Assembly: GCA_036393295.1 (NCBI GenBank)
Contig: DASWHF010000044.1
Coordinates: 5,756 to 69,755, forward strand
Direction: 5' to 3'
From: Acidiferrobacterales bacterium
Lineage (GTDB): Bacteria; Pseudomonadota; Gammaproteobacteria; Acidiferrobacterales; UBA6901
DNA: 64,000 bases
The position numbers were made by a program, and so were the translations under genes. The notes below the pieces were generated by a model. That model did not search any database. It was not told the DNA's origin and saw only the letters and a list, made by a program, of their open reading frames with translations. Positions 60,359-64,000 of this stretch are shown one piece after another (the stretch's first letter is position 1; each line of letters starts with the position of its first letter).

Positions 60359-60462
60359 TGTAGGCGGGGCATCTTGCCCCGCCGGTGGCGCCGGCACTGC
60401 GAACTGCGGGGCTGGAAGCCCCGCCTACAATTATTAGGGTAGGCGCGGCTTCCAGCCCCGCC
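60359..60462. repeat. Cluster of three TGTAGG-type REP units (family 4) in alternating orientation
   Basis: TGTAGGCGGGGCATCTTGCCCCGCC (+), GCGGGGCTGGAAGCCCCGCCTACA (-), GGTAGGCGCGGCTTCCAGCCCCGCC (+). Each unit is itself a GC hairpin. BIME-like arrangement between convergent genes. Confidence 0.8.
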
Positions 60463-60487
60463 CGCCGTGGAAAGATCGTTGGCGTAA

Positions 60488-61801
60488 TCAGCGCAACTCG
60501 TCCAGCAGGCGTCCGATGCGCGCGGCGCTGCGCTCCAGCATGCCCAGGTCCATGCGCTGGCGTTCGTAGCTGCGCAGCACGCAGGACATGGCCTCGTAGT
60601 ATTTCTCGCCGTCGTAGGCGATCAGCACCAGGTCGACGCCGACGCGCAGCGCCTTGACCGCGGCGCGGCAGATGCCGTCGTCGCTGCGGTAGATGGCGCC
60701 CATGCTGAGATCGTCGGTGATGAGCAGGCCGTCGTGGTTCCATTCCTGGCGCAGCACGCCCTGCACCAGTTTGTGCGAATACGAGGCCGGGTGTTCGGGA
60801 TCGATGTCGGGCAGCATCACGTGGCCCAGCATCAGCAGGGCCGAAGACCGCTCCAGGACGAACTTGAACGGCACCCAGTCCCGCACCTGCAGTTCCGGCT
60901 TGGTGACGTCGAGCCGGGCGGCAAACAGATGGGTATCGGTGCGCAGCCTGCCGAGCCCCGGGAAATGCTTGACCGTGGCGTGGACGTCGTGCTGCGCGAG
61001 GCCGCGCGTGTAGGCAAGCGCCATGCGCGCCACCACCATTTCATCGCTGGCGATGGCGCGTTGCGCGATGCGGCTGTAGAAGTCGAGCGGATGCCTGGGC
61101 AGGTCGTATTTCAGGTCCACCAGGGGGCTGAAATTGACGTTGACGCCCACCTCCGCCAGCTCCCTGCCGTGGGCGGCGCCGTACTCCTGGGCGCGCTGTT
61201 CCAGCTCCGGCAATGGCAGCTGGCTCTCCACCAGCTCCGCCATGGGCGGCAGGCGGGTCAGGGGCGGCGACAGGCGCGAGACCGTCCCGCCCTCCTGATC
61301 GGTCGCGACGATGAGCGGCGGCAGGCCGGCTTGCCGGCGCAGCTCGCGCAGGGCCTGGATCTGATTGCGCAAATCGGCGACCGACCGGCCGTTGACGTTG
61401 CGCGCCGTGATGAAAACACCGCCGACCGCGCCCGATTCCACCAGCGGCCGGACGTCCTCCAGCCGGGTGTAGCCGACGATGAAATGCTGGCCCAGATTCC
61501 GGAGCAGCTTGGGGTCGGCGCCGGCCACGCGGTGGCGGTCCCAGTGATAGCGCGCCTCGCCGAAGGCCGTCAGCAGCACCACCAGTGTCAGGCACACCAG
61601 GAACAGCCTTTCAGTCTTGCGGCCCCGGGCCGCGGTCTGCACCAGGCGCGTGAGGCTGATCGCACCGAGAATCGCGGCCAGGACCAGGATCAACGGCGTT
61701 TCATAATCGCGCAAAGCGAGCAGGAACGGGCTCTTGAGGTTGGCCGCAACGCTCAACAGCAGCAGTACCGCAATCCAACGCAGGGCGAGCAGGGCTTGCA
61801 T
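60488..61801 (-). CDS. Membrane-anchored glycoside hydrolase family 3 (NagZ-like beta-N-acetylhexosaminidase)
   Basis: Start trimmed to MQALLALRWIAV. N-terminal TM segments. GH3 motifs VATDQEGG, KHFPGLG and LITDDLSMGA. Confidence 0.85.
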   Translation of the reverse strand: MQALLALRWIAVLLLLSVAANLKSPFLLALRDYETPLILVLAAILGAISLTRLVQTAARGRKTERLFLVCLTLVVLLTAFGEARYHWDRHRVAGADPKLLRNLGQHFIVGYTRLEDVRPLVESGAVGGVFITARNVNGRSVADLRNQIQALRELRRQAGLPPLIVATDQEGGTVSRLSPPLTRLPPMAELVESQLPLPELEQRAQEYGAAHGRELAEVGVNVNFSPLVDLKYDLPRHPLDFYSRIAQRAIASDEMVVARMALAYTRGLAQHDVHATVKHFPGLGRLRTDTHLFAARLDVTKPELQVRDWVPFKFVLERSSALLMLGHVMLPDIDPEHPASYSHKLVQGVLRQEWNHDGLLITDDLSMGAIYRSDDGICRAAVKALRVGVDLVLIAYDGEKYYEAMSCVLRSYERQRMDLGMLERSAARIGRLLDELR

Positions 61802-62267
61802 GGGTTCCTCAAGCGGCGGGTGTCCGGTTCGGGGGCGGCCGGCTGGATGCGACGACTGACCGGTCGCGATCCTGCCGGCGCGGCTCCGCATCGCGTGCGC
61901 CGCCCGTTCTTCAAGAATAGCGCCGACAACGTGCTCGACGTTGGCGTGGTTCGTCCACGCCTCCCGTCGGCTTGAAATTAACACTTGTCGGCGGATAAAA
62001 ATAGGCGTTTAATGCATCAACAGTAACGCCTTTCGATACGGATACTGTGTTGACGCGGAACGATCATCATCTCACCGCTTCTCCTCCGGCACGGATCGAT
62101 CTCCGGGGTGTCGGCCACGATCTTCCCGGAGCTGCCGTAGCTTTCACAGTCAAAAAAATCAACGAATTGTCGAAGAAGGCGGCTGACTTGCTCCCGCCTG
62201 GGTGCCGTATGGGACTGTTTCGGGGCTTTGGGGCCGGGCAATCGGCGGCCGCCAAAAGGAGACATTC

Positions 62268-62687
62268 TTGACCGGAAAAACACTGGAAGGGGGCTGTCTG
62301 TGCGGCGCCGTCCGCTACCGGATCACCGGTGCGCCGGTCATGGCGTCGGTATGTCATTGCGCCCTGTGCCGCCGCGCCAGCGCCGCGTCGTCGATCGCCT
62401 GGGCGATGTTCAGGAAGGAGCAAGTGGTCTTCGACAATCCGCCGGCATCCTACGTCTCGTCCACGGTCGGGCGCCGCAGCTATTGTCCGGCCTGCGGGAC
62501 GCAACTCAGCCTGAGCGCCAGCGACCTCCCGGGACTGATCGACATCACCATCGGCAGTCTCGACAACCCCGAAGCGATCAGGCCGACCCAGCACTACTGG
62601 GGCACCCGACGTGTCCCGTGGGTGCGCTACGCCTACAGCGCGCCGGGGACGGCGGAGTCGGCGCGGGTCGCGGAAGTGGAAGGCTGA
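62268..62687 (+). CDS. GFA-family (CENP-V/glutathione-dependent formaldehyde-activating-like) zinc protein
   Basis: TTG start 62268, 6 nt after an AAAGGAG RBS. Cys ligand pattern CLCGAV...CHCALCRR...CPACG. Confidence 0.75.
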   Translation: MTGKTLEGGCLCGAVRYRITGAPVMASVCHCALCRRASAASSIAWAMFRKEQVVFDNPPASYVSSTVGRRSYCPACGTQLSLSASDLPGLIDITIGSLDNPEAIRPTQHYWGTRRVPWVRYAYSAPGTAESARVAEVEG

Positions 62688-62761
62688 CGGGCCGGTCGTC
62701 CTGACCGGGGCCTGAAGCGGCGCGCGACCGCCCGGCGCGCTGCCCTGCCGGGCCGCGGCGC

Positions 62762-63976
62762 TCAGCCGGCGGCCGGCAGGAAGTCGATCGGATAGAGAAT
62801 GGTGATCCTCGGCACGCCGTCCTTCGCGCCGAAGTTGAACCGCTTCACGCGCTCGACGATTTCCGTGTTGAGCGCCGCCGACGCCAGGTTGGTCGATTCG
62901 GCCCGGCACGCCGACACCTCGCCGTTGGGCTCGATGGTGATGCGCAGGATCATCTTGCCGCGCAGCGTCGGATCGGCGCGCAGCTCGCGATTGTAGATGC
63001 GATAGAGCGCCGCCTTGTAGCGGTCAAAGACGATCTGGATCTCCTCGTCGGTGCGCGACGGCCCCACGCCGTCGCTGAGCGGGCGGTCGGCGCCGGCGGC
63101 CGCGCCCACCGCGCTTTCCACGCGCGTGAACTGCACGCCGCCGAGCTTGGTGCCGGTGCCCGCGACATTGCGGCTCAGCGCCGCGGCATTGATGCCGCCG
63201 CTGCCTGTGCGCGCCTGGGCGACGACGATCGACCGCTGCGTGACCCCGGTGGTGTGTCGGCCCTCGTTCCGCACCCGGGCGTCGGCGCCGAGCTGGTCCG
63301 GAACGTCGTCGATCAGGTCGGTGAAGGCGTTCTTGAACGCCAGGACGCCGGCCTTCTCGGCCTTCTCGCGCGCCTGCTGCTTCTCCTCGGGCTTGGGCTT
63401 CTCCTCGGCCTTGTCCTCCTTCTCCTCGGGCTTCTTCTCCTCGGGCGGCTTGGGCGGCTCGCGGCGGGCCAGCTGCACCAGGTTCTCGGGGATCTCGACG
63501 ATCTCCTCCGGCTCCGGCTCGGGCAGGATCCACAGCTCGATCAGCCAGCCGAACAGCAGCGCCAGCAGCAGGCTGGCCAGCAGCGAACGGCGAAAGCGGT
63601 TCTCGTCCTCGCGCTCGCCCTTCCACGGCATGACCATCGGGCGATACGGGCGCGGCGTCACTTCGCGGTAGACGACGTACTCGTGCCTGGCGAGCTCCTC
63701 CAGCTCCTGTTGCTCGGCCAGGTCCTCGTTCAGGAAATTGATGCTGACGATCTGCTTCTGAATGCGCTCTTCGAGCTTCCGGCGGCTGTCCTCGACGGTC
63801 GAGACCTTCTCCTGGAACTCCCGCGCGGCGCCGCGCACGCGGGTCAAATGGGCCGTGGTGTCCTGGGACTTGGGCTGTTTGCCCCAGAACAGGTCGGCGG
63901 CCCCGAGCTCCTCCAGCTTGTCGAGCGACACGCAGATCTGGTTGAGCAGGTCGTACTGCTGCCGCTGCGCCGCCAT
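62762..63976 (-). CDS. TonB-C/AgmX-PglI-like membrane protein with coiled-coil N-terminus and Pro/Glu/Lys-rich linker
   Basis: One TM (LLASLLLALLFGWLIELWIL). PEPEPEE...KPPEEKKPEEKEDKAEEKPKPEEK linker. C-terminal ...LRGKMILRITIEPNGEVS...ILYPIDF TonB-like fold. The frame stays open to the window edge, so the true start may lie beyond 64000. Confidence 0.65.
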   Translation of the reverse strand: MAAQRQQYDLLNQICVSLDKLEELGAADLFWGKQPKSQDTTAHLTRVRGAAREFQEKVSTVEDSRRKLEERIQKQIVSINFLNEDLAEQQELEELARHEYVVYREVTPRPYRPMVMPWKGEREDENRFRRSLLASLLLALLFGWLIELWILPEPEPEEIVEIPENLVQLARREPPKPPEEKKPEEKEDKAEEKPKPEEKQQAREKAEKAGVLAFKNAFTDLIDDVPDQLGADARVRNEGRHTTGVTQRSIVVAQARTGSGGINAAALSRNVAGTGTKLGGVQFTRVESAVGAAAGADRPLSDGVGPSRTDEEIQIVFDRYKAALYRIYNRELRADPTLRGKMILRITIEPNGEVSACRAESTNLASAALNTEIVERVKRFNFGAKDGVPRITILYPIDFLPAAG

Positions 63977-64000
63977 GTCCTCGAGTTTCTTCTCGACGGC

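Noticed and set aside
62017-62283. 88-aa (minus) and 74-aa (plus, 62047..62271) ORFs in the 466-nt gap
   Set aside because: They overlap each other on opposite strands. Neither has an RBS or a recognisable motif, and their composition is not protein-like.

Overview
High-GC (roughly two-thirds G+C by eye) chromosomal segment, probably gammaproteobacterial. The call rests on synteny: rpsU-yqeY-dnaG-rpoD followed by a CAU-anticodon tRNA; mreBCD-mrdA-rodA-mltB-rlpA-dacA-(dat)-ybeD-lipB-lipA; gatCAB; folB-folK; regB/regA. Most of the window is housekeeping. It covers cell-shape and peptidoglycan genes, the macromolecular-synthesis operon, folate, lipoate, tRNA and rRNA modification, a metal-uptake cluster, c-di-GMP enzymes and a RegBA two-component system. 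I saw no transposase, integrase, CRISPR array, rRNA gene or recognisable defence system. Two kinds of signal stand out. (1) The only clearly accessory stretch is ~48.6-52.7 kb. It holds an orphan 515-aa membrane-anchored protein flanked by a 160-bp direct repeat and preceded by a perfect 33-bp-arm palindrome. Next to it is a low-GC islet (~50.55-51.95 kb) with two divergent XRE-type regulators around twin palindromic operators, an orphan polytopic membrane protein and a small unknown ORF. This is the best candidate for an undescribed immunity/exclusion or toxin-antitoxin-like module, but the evidence is architectural only. (2) At least four unrelated families of short intergenic palindromic repeats are present, several inside essential operons: 9-mer NNCACGGGG arrays, polypurine/polypyrimidine arms, GGGGTCGGAG, and TGTAGG-type REPs. 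A run of five consecutive hairpins also lies upstream of an orphan ParA-like ATPase. Many long ORFs in the six-frame track are high-GC artefacts or carry spurious N-terminal extensions; starts were trimmed to the first plausible start of the homologous region. Coordinates of non-coding elements were read by hand and may be off by 1-2 nt.
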